64,000 bases of DNA, from positions 186,001 to 250,000 of the forward strand of contig NIVC01001601.1 of assembly GCA_002269645.1 (NCBI GenBank), in the 5' to 3' direction. Position 1 is the first letter of the stretch. Each line of letters starts with the position of its first letter. Shown in pieces: positions 47,153 through 59,040 of this stretch. This stretch comes from Macrostomum lignano (lineage: Eukaryota). The position numbers and the translations under genes were made by a program. The notes below the pieces were generated by a model. That model worked only from the letters and a program-made list of their open reading frames with translations. It was not told where the DNA came from and made no database searches.

Positions 47153-50100
47153 TGGCGCCCGAACCAAAATCACAGTAAAATCAAGCCGTGAGCGCAAGAG
47201 TGCTACAGTGACTCAGCGATTTATCAACAACAGCATGGACTCCAGGAAAAGAGGCGTGTTACGAGCGACGGTCACCAGACTGGCACAGAAAGCCGAAGAC
47301 CTGCTCAAAACAGATGCTGCTGAAGATTAAATCGACAGCGTTCTAGAGGCTCTACGGTTCAAGAAGCAGCAGCTCCAAGCAGCAGATGAAGGGCTCGCCG
47401 CGGAGGTTGACGAGAAGGACGTGCAGGCTGAAGCAGAGACGACAATGGAGTACGACCTGCTGGCTGGCAAATTGATCTCAAACCTCACCAGACGGCTCCA
47501 GGAGCTTCAGACCGCGCGGACCGGCACGCCGCAGGCAACAAACCTGCTGCAGCCATACAGACGACGACTTCGTCCAAGTCTTCGGAAGAGAATTCTTCAA
47601 CGACAAGGACTCAGACTGCCATCAGGTTGCCAAAACTGCCGCCACCGTCATTCAGTGGCGATCGGACCCAGTGGACGGAATTCTGGGACCGCTTCAACTC
47701 CAGTATCCATGACAACCCGAGCCTGAGTGTCGTCGACAAATTCAGCTACCTGCAGTCGTGTCTGTCTGGGGAAGCCCGAAACTCGATCGCTGGTCTCAAC
47801 ATCACGAAGGACAACTACCATATCGCCATCGACAACCTGCAACGACGATTTGGATCCCGCAACGGAGCCGTGCGCGAGCACCTGTCAAAGTTCTCGGCGC
47901 TGACCTGCTCCAGTTCGTCGGCACAGCAGCTGAGGAATTTCTACGACCAAGTCAATGGAAATGTCCGCAGTCTGACGAATCTCGGGTGAGTGTCGAATCT
48001 TACGAGTCCATGTTGCTGCCCAACTTGCTGGCGAAGCTGCCAGAAGTCGTTCGTCTCGGGATGCTGAGAACTGCTCGGATTGCTTCCGTCGGTTATTCCT
48101 TTGGTAGCAGCTTGTCGCAGATGAGGGATGGCAATGGCTTAGATTCTGTGACGGAGTTTCTGCAGGTCTTGGAAATGGAGATTTTAGTCCGGGAGGAGGC
48201 GGCCGTTGGAGCTGGAGGGCAGACGTCCGGTTCCAATGGAGCGTCCAAGACTGCTGGTGAGAAACAGACAAGGGATGGCGGCACAGTGGCTGCGCTTCAC
48301 ACGAAGGTAAAAAAAGGTCAGCACGGCTTGTCCCTTCTGCGAAACTGAACATGCTCCAGAGAAGTGCACTCGCCTGGTAGATGTTGCGGCACGACTCCAG
48401 TTTTTGAAGGAGCATAGGCGTTTTTTCAGCTGTCTCTGCAAGGGACACAGCGTCAAGACCTGCTACCACAAGAAGCAATGTGAATTCTGCCCGATGAAGC
48501 ATCACCCAAGTCTCTGTAGCACACGCATGGAGAAGCTGCAGGGTAAGGATGGACCGAAGGCACCCGGCTCTACACTTGGAAAGGTGGGAGAAGACCGGAA
48601 GAAGTCCGAGCAGGCTGCTGCACAGAATGTGAAGAGCCAAGAAGTGAAGACCTTGGCTATGGTGACAAAAGGGAAAACAGTGATCCTTCCAACAGCGGGA
48701 GCTGTACTGATTTCGACTGTTAACAATCGGGAGACTCCGGTGCGAATTCTCTTTGACTCTGCAAGCAAGCGTTCGTTCATATTGACCAGCTTGGCTGAGA
48801 AGATGGGGCTCCAGGTCATGGGCAGAGAGACGATGGAGGTGACAATATTCGGTGGCACAGAGGCCAAGGTGCTGCAGACTGCGATGGTCGAGTTCAAGCT
48901 TCGGAAATCTGACAGCACCGCCCAGTTCACAGTGCTCGCCAACACAGTGCCTTACATCTGCTCTCATCAGCCAGTTGTCAGCAGCTTGTGCATGAAGCAC
49001 TTTCAACACCTCGATATGGCAGACTGGGACATCGGTGGTGAACAGAATCCCGAGATCAGTATCCTCATCGGAGCCGACAAATTCTACGACCTCGTCACAG
49101 GTCAAGTGATTCGCTCAGAGGTCGGCTCTGGTCTAGTTGCCGTAGCCAGTCAGCTCGGTTGGTTGCTGTGCGGGTCACTGTCAGATGGGATCGCCGCAAG
49201 TGAGCTAGAGACCAGGTCAGAGCAGGTTCTTCTCTGCTGTGCTCAAGGAGCGGAGAAAGGTCTGGACAGCAGCACCATCGAGGCGTTCTGGACTTTAGAA
49301 GGTCTCGGCATCAGAAGTGCAGCCGAGCCTGATCAGCGTCCACTGACTCTGAATGCCCAGTTCCAAGAGGGTCGCTACTCAGTTCAGCTGCCGTGGAAGA
49401 TTCCCAAAAAGGAATTAAGATTGCCCGAAAACTTCGAGGTAGCGTTCAAGAGACTAAAGACCAATCTGACGAGGCTGCGTCGGGAGCCTGCGCTACTTCA
49501 GGAGTATCACCGCATTCCGACCGGCCAGAAGGAAGCTGGCGTAGTCGAAGAAGCTCCAGATGGGACCAGCGATCTCATCCACTACCTACCCCACCGAGCC
49601 GTAATCCGTCCTGACGCTGAATCAACCAAAGTTCGAGTGGTTTTCGACGCGAGTGCCAAGCTATATCAGTGCAGTCCATCGCTAAATGACTGTCTGGAAA
49701 CAGGAACCTGTTCGTTGGCCGAGATTCCGCGACTGCTTCAGGCATTTCGACTTCATCCGATCGCCTTGACTGCCGATATTGAGAAGGCTTTTTTGCAGAT
49801 CCGAATTGCAGAAGACGACCGCGATGCTCTACGATTCCTCTGGCCATGGGATCCCAGTTAAGCTGATTCACCTCTCGTTGTTCTGCGCTACGCTGCTCTG
49901 GTGTTCGGACTCACCTGCTCACCTGCCGTCCTGGAGACTGTCATTCAACACCACTTGGCATCTCACCGAGGCCAGAATGCAGAGTTCGTGGATGAGGTGT
50001 CCAAAGAAATCTATGTGGACAACCTGATCTCTGGGTGCGTGGATGAACAGTAGGCCCTCGATCTCATCCAGAAATCCCGGCACATATTCCAACAGGCTGG

Positions 50101-51926
50101 AATGAATCTGCGACACTGGCAGTCCAACAGCAAGAATGTGTTGACAGCGAAGATGGCGTATCGTCAAAAGTCCTCGGGCTGCGATGGGAGACAGGATCGG
50201 ACGTGTTCGTGCTGCAGTTTTCTCCGCCAGAAGATTTGCTCAATGCGAGCCATCCAAGCGTGTCGTGCTACAGCTGCTGGCCCGTGTCTACGATCCTCTG
50301 GGCTTTCTGGTTCCACTGCTTACGTTGCCGAAATCGATGTTCCAGAAACTGTGCGTTGAAAAGATCGCTTGGGACTGCCCGCTAAAGGAGCCGATTAAGC
50401 AGCAGTGGCTGAAGTGGTTGCAGGAGATGCTGGCAGGTCGATTTCAAGTTCCAAGGTTGGTGCTTTCGGCGACGAAGGAGGTCGAGGAGATACAGCTGCA
50501 TGGGTTCTGTGATGCATCAGTCAAATGCTATGCGGCGTTTTACTGTACACCTGCGAGTGCAGTACACCGATGGTTCCGTCAGCTGCAACCTGGTGGCCGC
50601 CAAGGCGAGAGTGGCTCCACTGTCGGTTCTTTCAATTCCTCGGCTCGAACTCCTGGTTGCCTTGATACTCGTCAGACTGTTGACATCATCCATGAGTCAG
50701 TATTCTCAGGTTCGCCAGGTGTTTTGCTGGACAGACAGTGCCGACACGCTCTACTGGATCCGGCAGCACAGACCCTGGAAGCTCTTTGTTCATAATCGGG
50801 TGACGGAGATCCGCCGCCTGGTGCCAGAGGATGCCTGGAGACATGTCCCAGGCGAGGAGAATCCGGCGGACGTTGCATCTCGAGGAACATCAGCGAGCAA
50901 GTTGCAGGCAGACAACAGCTGGTGGCACGGTCCAGACTGGCTGGCACGACCTCCTGACGATTGGCCCGACCAATCCTTTCTCAGCTTACCGACAGCGGCA
51001 GTTGCTGAGGAGCAGAAGACACAGGCGAACCGTCCAGTTGTTCTGCTAACTGAAGCCGGTCCTAACATCAGTCTACAGGAAGTTCTCAATGACACGAACT
51101 TCTCATCCTGGACCAAGCTGATTCGGGTGACAGCCTATGTCCTACGCTTCGTCAGAAACCTGCAAGCTAGAACTTCTGCAGCGGGGGAGGAGCGAGTGAG
51201 ACCACTGGCTGCAGCAGAAGTCCTTGAAGCTGAAGAGCGCTGGCTGCGAGAAGTGCAGAGACCAACTTCTAGCGGTACGCTCGAGCTCCTGCTGCCGTTG
51301 CCAACACTGCTGAGGCGAATGCGCGCCAGACTGCAAGCCTTCTGGGACTGCTGGGAGCGACAGTATCTGACCAGCCTGCGAGAACATAATCTAAGTCCCA
51401 AGCATGGCGTAACTCGAGAAGCGACGGCCGGCGACATCATCCTGGTGAAAGGTGAAGCCGGGCAGCCGAGGCTCACCTGGTGTACCGGTGTCATCGAGTC
51501 GGTGCATTCTGGCCAAGACGGGGCGGTGAGATCTGCTACGGTTCGAGTCGCGCCCAGACCTGGCCGCGGTCCCAGGAGATGCTTGATTCGCCGACCGGTG
51601 GAGAACCTGATTTGGCTGGAAGCTGTGACCGAATGAACTTTAGTAACTGACTTTCAATGACTGTTCTAATCGTTGTTTCGAGTTCCTGTTTAGTTTTAGT
51701 TCGCAGTAATTTTCACTCACTTTCAATCTTACCTTTTGAGCTCCTTGGCGCTGATTGGATTTTTTTTTGAGTTTCGTTTTCCCTTTGTTCCTCACTTACG
51801 TGCTTCTTCGTTGCTGAATTCGCATTCAAACTGTTGACGATTTGCTGCCGTTCGTTTGCGTAATATTTTCGCTCTTCGAATACTCGTATCAACCTTTAAG
51901 TAATGATGAAGCATCGTTAGGGGGAG

Positions 51927-52190
51927 TGTGTTGGATTTGGAGTGCCTGCGTACCGACCCTCTGCTATGTGTAGCGTCGCCAGTGTACACTTGGCGGTCCC
52001 CGTCTCAGAGTATGTTGGGGTGGGGTTGATGTGCGTTAGGCGTTGATGAGTCAGAGAGTTGGAGTGAGAAGATCGATTTAATTTAATATATAAGCAATAA
52101 TTTAGCCACAGGGTCATTTACCTGTTTTTTGTTAGAGTCTAACCCTCAGATTTATTAGACTTGATTTGACTTGACTTGATTTCCTTAACA
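51927..52190 (+). repeat. 3' LTR of the BEL/Pao element (264 bp)
   Basis: Follows the PPT and is followed by the TSD GGCAC. Confidence 0.95.
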
Positions 52191-53546
52191 GGCACAGACA
52201 GGACCTCTGACAGAGACCTCTGTGTTATTCAATCCAATCACATCATCGCCAACTGCACGATCATTATCGCCTCGATTTACATTCCTGGCGACGGTCCCGT
52301 GGTTTCACCTAACCTCACCTCCCTCGTGGACTACTGCTCTGACCGCAGGTTCCAGCTGCTGGTAGCGCGCGACATTAACGCGCACCACACACACTGGGGC
52401 AGTAACACGTCCAACAGCAGAGGCGAGGAACTCCTGGCTTCCATCTGCACCACCAATACTGAGTTTTGCAATACAGGTGGAACTCCCACCTTTGACAACG
52501 GACGATGGACGGAGGCCTTCGACGTGACCCTCGTCTCCCACGGTCTGGCTCCTCTGGTCAAGGACTGGGAGGTGTGGGACGAAGAGGAGTCTCTGTCTGA
52601 CCATCGTTTCGTTCGCTTTTGATTGCAATCCTCTGGCCCCAAACCTAACATCCTGTGGAAAAGGAACGTTCGGAACACTGACTGGACGGCTTTCGCGGAA
52701 ACCCTGAAATGCCAGACAGATCAGCTGACTACCGTCGCTCCAACCACCTGTCAGGAAGTGGATGACCTTGCTGACTTGCTCAGCAAGACCGTCCTGACAG
52801 CTCATGAAGCTTCCTGTCCTCTTAAAGCCTACAAAAGCAAAAAATCCGCCCCTGGTGGCACCCGGCGCTCGGATCCCTCCGGCCCAAGGCAAAGTGCCTC
52901 CAACGGAAAGCTCGCAAGAGCAAGGACCCAGCTGACCTGGCCGCCTATCAGGACGCGATTCGCGACTTTCAGTGTGAAACCAGGAAAACCAAGTCCGACA
53001 AGTGGCGCCAATACTGCGCGGAGTTAGAAGGCACCCGCCCTACTTCACGCGTGGTTAAGGCTCTCACCCTCGACAAAATGTCAAACCTCTCAGTCATTAA
53101 AAGACCGGATGGCCGACTCGCTGATAACCCCGGGGAATCGCTGGACATCATGCTCACCAGCTCTTTCCCACGTGCCGCACCGCAGCTAGGCCCACAGCAG
53201 TGCATTCTTCTCTCCTATCGTTCTGCATTGCCGCCTATCACTCCAGTTCTGATGCCGCAGCCTCCAACCTCGCTTCACTGCAAAATTATTCAACATTTTA
53301 TAAATTCTAGCCCCAATAAAGTAAATGACTACCAGCATCACGGACGAGCCCGGTGGTGAAAATAGGGAAGATGTCCCTGGCCGGCGCTCCACAGGCCGCA
53401 TGCGCAGTGCGGCAGGGAGGGAGGTGGGGCTGTGAGCGGAGCTGCCAGCGCCTTCTGACCCAGAAATTAATGAGCTGCAGTCAGCTTCAGGGCCATCCCC
53501 ACTGCCTCTTTCAGGGACAGCCCCTGTGGAAAGTTAGAGCTGCCTG

Positions 53547-53560
53547 GTTGCCATGGCAAG
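53547..53560. promoter_or_regulatory. RFX X-box-like palindrome GTTGCCATGGCAAG, ~240 bp upstream of the FReD gene
   Basis: Matches the X-box GTTGCCATGGCAAC at 13/14 positions. Confidence 0.3.
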
Positions 53561-53796
53561 CAAAAACATGATTCCGCCTCAGGGATTTTATATTGGGCTT
53601 TCAGAGTCTGCCTGCTGTGCGACTGCAAACTGAATTTTTCAAAATCGGAGATATCACAGCAGAGTAAGCTTAGCTGGTGAGTGTTGAGCACCTCTCCATC
53701 CGCTGTCTCCCTCCCAAAAAACTTTTTACTAAAAAGCAGCAAGTGAAATCCGCAGTGAAGTGACGGCTTTCACCCACTACTTTAAATTCAGAGAAA

Positions 53797-54837
53797 ATGC
53801 AGCTCAAACCCGCTCGCCAAGTCGCTCTGCTGTTGCTGCTGCTCGCTGCAGTCCCGAATTACGTGACCGAAGCCACCGCCTCCTCCGGACGACCGTGGAG
53901 GTCGAATCGCGAGAGCCTCTCCGACTACGAGGCCGTGAGGTCGGTGCCTGTCCGAAACGACTTTGAATGCACCGTGCATGCCAGCAGAGACTCCGCAGTG
54001 CAGCTGGCGGCGTTCAACGCCAGCTCCGGCCTTTGTGCTCAGTTCAGATTTCGGCTGGGCCTGAGCCACTGCAGGAAGTGCCGCAATGCGAACAAGGGAG
54101 CTCAGCGAGTGTGGGTGAGTCACTCAGTTAGATGTGTCAGCATCACAGCCACGCTTTTACACAGAGCATAAAAGCTGACACACCTGTTGTGTCACCTTGC
54201 AGACAGCCGGCAGTGACTGCTGGACCACCATGCAGCACAGGGTGTCCGGCTCAGTGGACTTTTACCGCAACTGGACTCAGTACCAGAGCGAGTTCGGCGA
54301 GGGACCCGACGGAAATTACTGGATCGGTGAGTGCATCCCAGATCTGCTCCATTCGCTTCCTTTTCCAACTCGGACTTCAATGACAAACACCGCCATGACG
54401 TCCGCATCTTCCCAGGCCTGAACTCTCTCCACGCTCTCACTGCTTCTGGTCCTCGGAAGCTGAGGATCCTGATGAAGGCGTGGAACGACTCTGAGCACTG
54501 GGCTGAGTACTCCAGCTTCTCCGTGGGTCCCGAGTCGGACAACTACCGGCTGAGCGTGTCCGGCTTCTCCGGCAGCGCCGGCATCGGCGACAGCCTGTCT
54601 GTTAACAACGGCATGCAGTTCAGCGCGAAGGACGCGGATCACGACATAAAAACTGGCAACTGCGCAACAAGTCATAAAGGTGCCTGGTGGTTCACCAGCT
54701 GTTTCGACACCCACCCGAACGGAGAGTACAAAGACGCATCTGCTGCCATTGGAGGTGCTTATGCAGAGGGAGTCATTTGGAAGTATAACTTCGGCTTCTA
54801 CTACTCGCTGATGGAGATCGAGATGCTGCTTCTGTAG
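53797..54837 (+). CDS. Secreted fibrinogen-related domain (FReD) protein with an N-terminal PAN/Apple-like segment; exons 53797-54114, 54203-54326, 54416-54837; 287 aa
   Basis: Signal peptide [10 protein letters not shown]. FReD motifs [26 protein letters not shown]...YWIGL...YRLSV...GDSL...[13 protein letters not shown]...NCA...GAWWF..C. Introns are 88 and 89 bp, GTGAGT...CAG. Confidence 0.9.
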
Positions 54838-55489
54838 CAGCACCAGCATGATGGCACAGAAGATTTCTGCCGCTTACACTTGCAAAATCGAGCGCCCAAG
54901 CAGTTTTTAAACAACTTTGAAAATTCGAAAATTTTTCCGAACTGAAATATTTTTTGTAACGCAAAAGGAATCCGTCAGATGAAGCGCTCGATACTGATAG
55001 AGAAAATACACGGTACTGAATTCCCACCGATGTTAAGCATTCAACTTATGGCTGTTGTCCATGGCTCTGTCTGCAGCACAGAATTAGCCAGTGCCCTGCG
55101 AAACACTGCTGCTGGTTCAAGTTTATTTTCATCAGGTTTCCGGTGAAACAACTCGTTTATTTTGCACACCGACCAGAGCCGGGTCGGAGGGCAGGCCCGC
55201 GGAAAAAACAGCCGATCAACAACGGCCGCGCACTCTCTGGCAACGGGACGAAATCAGACCGGCCGGGAGACAAGCTGAAAACAGCTGGAGAGGCCCTTCC
55301 TGGAGATGAACAGAAGAATGCACCGTTGATGGGGAGGGACTGAATTTACTGTGAGGGCAGAGGCTTGGAAAAGGGGAGGCTGCATCCAACGCAAACAGGG
55401 CGTTCAAATCCCCACTCCGCCACCCCTGCAAGGGCAGAGCCGACCCCCCCCCCTAGCAACTGGTTAGTTTAGTGCATTTGAGATATAGT

Positions 55490-57494
55490 TTGTCAGGGTG
55501 TTGATAGTGGTGTACTTGCGGCACTCCTCCTGTAGCTCCAGCTGAAGAAAGGCCTGAGATATGTCCAGTTTCGCAAAGAATTTGCCTCCGCTGAGTCGAG
55601 TAAACAGTTCGTCCGGCTTGCCTAGCGGATAAATGTCCACCTCGAGGGCAGGGTTTATGGTTCGCTTATCGTCTGCACAGATTCGTATCGATTTTCCATC
55701 TTTCTTCAGCACAGGGACGATTGGACTTGCATAGTCAGACGTCTTCATCTTCCGGATAATGTCCTGATTCTCTAGGCTTTTGAGTTCCTGCTCGATGGCG
55801 GGCTTAAGAGCAAATGGTACCGGTCGTGCTTTACAAAACTTTGGAGTTGTGTTCTCCTTGAGGTGCAGTCTGGCTGTATAATGTTTTATCTTCCCAAGAC
55901 CATCTGAGAATAATTCCGAATTTTCTTCTAGAATCGTCTTAAGCTCGTGATCAGCATCGAGGGAAAGAATTCCCACTGCTGACGCTTCTCCTGCGTATTT
56001 CCGGGCCAGGGGATCAAGCTGCGTTATCCAATCGCGACCTAGCAGGTTCTGCTTTGTGCCGTCAGTGACGACCTGCAGCTCCGTCGCAATGTCGCCAATT
56101 ACAACCTGAACCACAGCCTCTCCAAGTAGGGGAATCTGTTCGTTAGAATAAGATGTGAGGACCAAGGTCGTGCCGCGCGGTTTAACTCGGATCAGTTCCG
56201 CTGTCGATTTGTTTACAATAGTGCGCTCGGCGCCGGTGTCCACTTCGAATTTAATCGGAGACCCGTTGACTTGCAGTGTCTCTGTGAAAGGCTTGAACCG
56301 AGCCTTCTGTGCGCTCATTCGCTTAGCCTCGTAATTTGAATTGACAGCGACGTTCTTGACGTCAGAGAAATCGTACGACTCCTCACTACTGCCGGGGCTT
56401 CCATTTGCGCTCAGATGCTTTATTTTCCTACCTTTGTAGCTCTGCTTGGGTTCGAACTTCTTCTTGCTGTGCGGCGGTTGGTTTCCGCTGAACTGCTTCT
56501 GCTTCGTCCTGCACGCCTTCTCAATATGACCTGGTTCATTGCATCGACTGCAGACATGCGATCTTTTGGGACAGCTTCTCGCCCAGTGCCCAGAAGAGAG
56601 GCACCTGTAGCACCGGTCGTCTGAACTGGCCGGATTCGTCGGTCCCGATCCCTTAGCAGATGATCTTCCATGTACCGCATTGGCCTGAGCCAGGCCGACA
56701 ATGTCTCTTCCAGTGTGGATCTGCATTGCACCCTTCTCTGCGATTTCGATTGCTGTCGAGATTTTAACTGCGTCGTCCAGCGAAACATCGTCCTCCTGCA
56801 GCAGCCTTTGCTGTGTCAGCTTGCTTCGTAGTCCACAAACCAGTCTGTCTCTGATCGCCTCCGACAAAAAGCCTCCAAACGAACAGGTCGCCGCCAACTT
56901 CCGTAGCTGCGCGACGTACTCTGCAATGGATTCGCCTTCCTGCTGGCTTCGGTGATGAAAGTTGTATCTCTCGACGATTCTTTTCGGCGTTGGGGTGAAA
57001 TGCGTTCGTAACTTTTCAATTAAATCATCGTAGGATTTGTCCTTCGGGGAGTCTGGAGACAGTAAGTCTCTGAGCAACGTATAGCAGTCTTCACCAATTA
57101 CTGTGATGAGCTCGGCTCGCTTAATCTCCTCTTTGGTGATGGATTTAGCGATGAAGTATTGTTCCAGACGCTCCTCGTATACAGTCCACCTTTCAGGCCG
57201 TGCCGGATCAGATGTGCTGATTTTCGAAGCAGTATTTGGCGCGGTCGTTTTGTCTTCTTCTAAAGAATCCTCGTCGCCAATGTTACATCCGACTTCCGTT
57301 ACCAACTCGAAGTCCAGGTGAATTATGGTTAGTAATCTCAAGCTTGGTAGCGGGCTCTTGCCATGCCGATGTTGACCTTCATTTTCTTTATATTTGCTCT
57401 CCTTATATTAGCTTTAGAACGCAGGGTTAACAGGGGCAGTGTCTATGGCCAATGTGTGTGAAATGAAATATACTTTATATGCGCATATACCACA
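55490..57494 (-). mobile_element. Ty3/gypsy element A: 5' LTR (57494-57281), PBS TGGCGACGAGGA, gag-protease-partial RT; 3'-truncated
   Basis: LTR TGTGG...GTAACA. Gag WTVYEERLEQYF, two CCHC knuckles, protease DTGA, RT SPIVPVLKKDG..RIC and KLDISQAFLQ, ending at KYTTINT. There is no proper ATG; the called ORF start lies inside the LTR. Confidence 0.88.
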
Positions 57495-57690
57495 GGTTAG
57501 CAGAATGGCGATCTTCACATCGTTGTTTTCTTCAGTTCTCTTCGTAGCTTTCATATAAAAATCGAACGATTTGATCCACCTTCTCCAGTTGTCCGCCCTA
57601 TTGGTGTCAAAAGCCATGGGCTCTGGCGGCCTCAATCCTTCCATGCTTGCCAGACTGGATGGGTAGTTTAGAATTGCGACGCCATATTAT
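57495..57690 (-). mobile_element. Ty3/gypsy element B: gag N-terminus interrupted by the LTR of element A
   Basis: MEGLRPPEPM...NWRRWIKSFDFYMKA...KIAILLT stops exactly at the TG of LTR A. A PBS-like TGGCGTCGCA lies at 57684-57675. Confidence 0.7.
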
Positions 57691-58729
57691 GATAATGCCA
57701 AGTCGTTTCTAGGTACGAAAACTCTTACACCCAGAGTCTGGGTAATCAAGCCAATATATAATATCGAGACGCCAATGTACACAGAAGGGCGGTGTACACT
57801 GCATGAAGTACACGAAACTAAAGAGTCGATGAAAAGTGATACTAGTGCACACAAGCCACACACAAGAAAAGAGGCCAAACTTTTTCCCAATACTCGGGGA
57901 GATTATCTCTGGACCAGTTTTGCCGAAAGTTGTGCAAAACGAAATGGCTCAAATTTATGATAATCATGCTTAATTAGATTACCTATCGGGTCTTATCAAA
58001 GGTTTGCCACAGTTACAATTTAACCATTAAAAATAGGATCGCTGTTTTGCGGATTTGGTTGGTGCACCCAGCATAATTCGAAAGTCCTAAGGTGGGATAT
58101 TGCGAATTTGTGCTGAAAAAAAACAGAAAACTTCCTACATGAATTGAGAATGCATTTTACAACAAAAATCAGCAGAACGAGTTGAGAGTGTTGCGTCGTC
58201 CAGCCCCTGTTGGCCATGCACAGGCCTCCAATAAAATGTGCACACGAGTTTTAAGTGATCATCATTTAGTGGAATGCTTTGAGTAGTCCTAACATAGCAC
58301 TATTGGCAAATTTTTCCTGCAACCTAGTAGTAAGGCCATTCTGCCCATTCCACTGACTGCTTGGCACATCCAAGTGTGCCAATACTGTATGCAAGCACAC
58401 ACTTTCTAATTGTGAGGCATGCACATGCTCTCTGTGCCTCGGGGGTTGGCTTCCATGAATCATCACAACAAACTGCAGATTAATGTTTCTGTGCATGGAA
58501 TTATATTGTGGGTTTGCAGCACAAGGGTCAGATGCATTCCTTCAATCATATGTCTAAGGTTTTGGATAGTTATGAGTAAATAGCAATACAATGAGAGTGC
58601 ACTTTGATCCCACTGACAGACTGTTGGAAACTGGATTATATGATAACACAGTAAAACAAACCGAGATCAAATTTGAATGCACAAAACCCGAATACATCCG
58701 CAGCCAGTCATTCAGGCATATCGATTGTC

Positions 58730-59040
58730 CGATGCCGTCCTTATTATCTAATAGACCTCTGCTGGCTCTGACAGTTGCCCTAGCAACGGCAACAATCATA
58801 GTGGTTCCCATGGAAACCACAGTCGAAGTGCCGGCAAATTCCGCTGCCGGCATCGCTGGCGATGGCGTCGACGCCTGCGCTTTGCCGACCCCGCAGCTGC
58901 TCCGGCTGGACGGCCTGCCGCGGGCCGCCCCGCGCTCCGGTAAGCTGGCGGGGGTGTACAAGAAATTCGCCAACATCAGCGACTTGCCCGGCCAACCTGT
59001 GCTGCGCCAACCCCGGCTGCCACTCGGCCGAAAGTACTGG
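58730..59040 (+). pseudogene. GC-rich host-gene-like exon fragment (hydrophobic leader, then DACALP...LAGVYKKF...GQPVLRQ), cut by gypsy pol
   Basis: Coding-like GC-rich sequence with no retroelement motifs. Product not recognised. Confidence 0.35.

Larger units (their letters stand above)
46905..52190 (+). mobile_element. BEL/Pao LTR retrotransposon with both LTRs, decayed, integrase deleted; 5-bp TSD GGCAC
   Basis: LTRs are 46905-47152 and 51927-52190 (TG...CA). PBS TGGCGCCCGAAC at 47153; PPT AGGGGGAG at 51919-51926. Protein motifs: gag (FSGD...W.EFWDRF), Cys-His knuckles, protease DSAS, RT HYLPH/VFDAS/ADIEKAFLQI/YVDN, RNase H YDPLG/FCDAS/IPRLEL. Confidence 0.95.
45790..53170 (+). mobile_element. 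Decayed non-LTR element (R1/LOA-like): ORF1 + APE endonuclease, split by the BEL insertion and 3'-truncated before RT
   Basis: ILQLNLHHC...LLEPW (46691-46800) and KPRTAILV lie before the LTR. DINAHHTHWGS...SDHRF and RNVRNTDW (52200-52700) lie after it. Stops and frameshifts are present. Confidence 0.8.

Noticed and set aside
55464-57341. The 625-aa ORF treated as an intact gene
   Set aside because: It starts at a TTG inside an LTR, has no ATG after the PBS and breaks off in RT; it is a retroelement relic.
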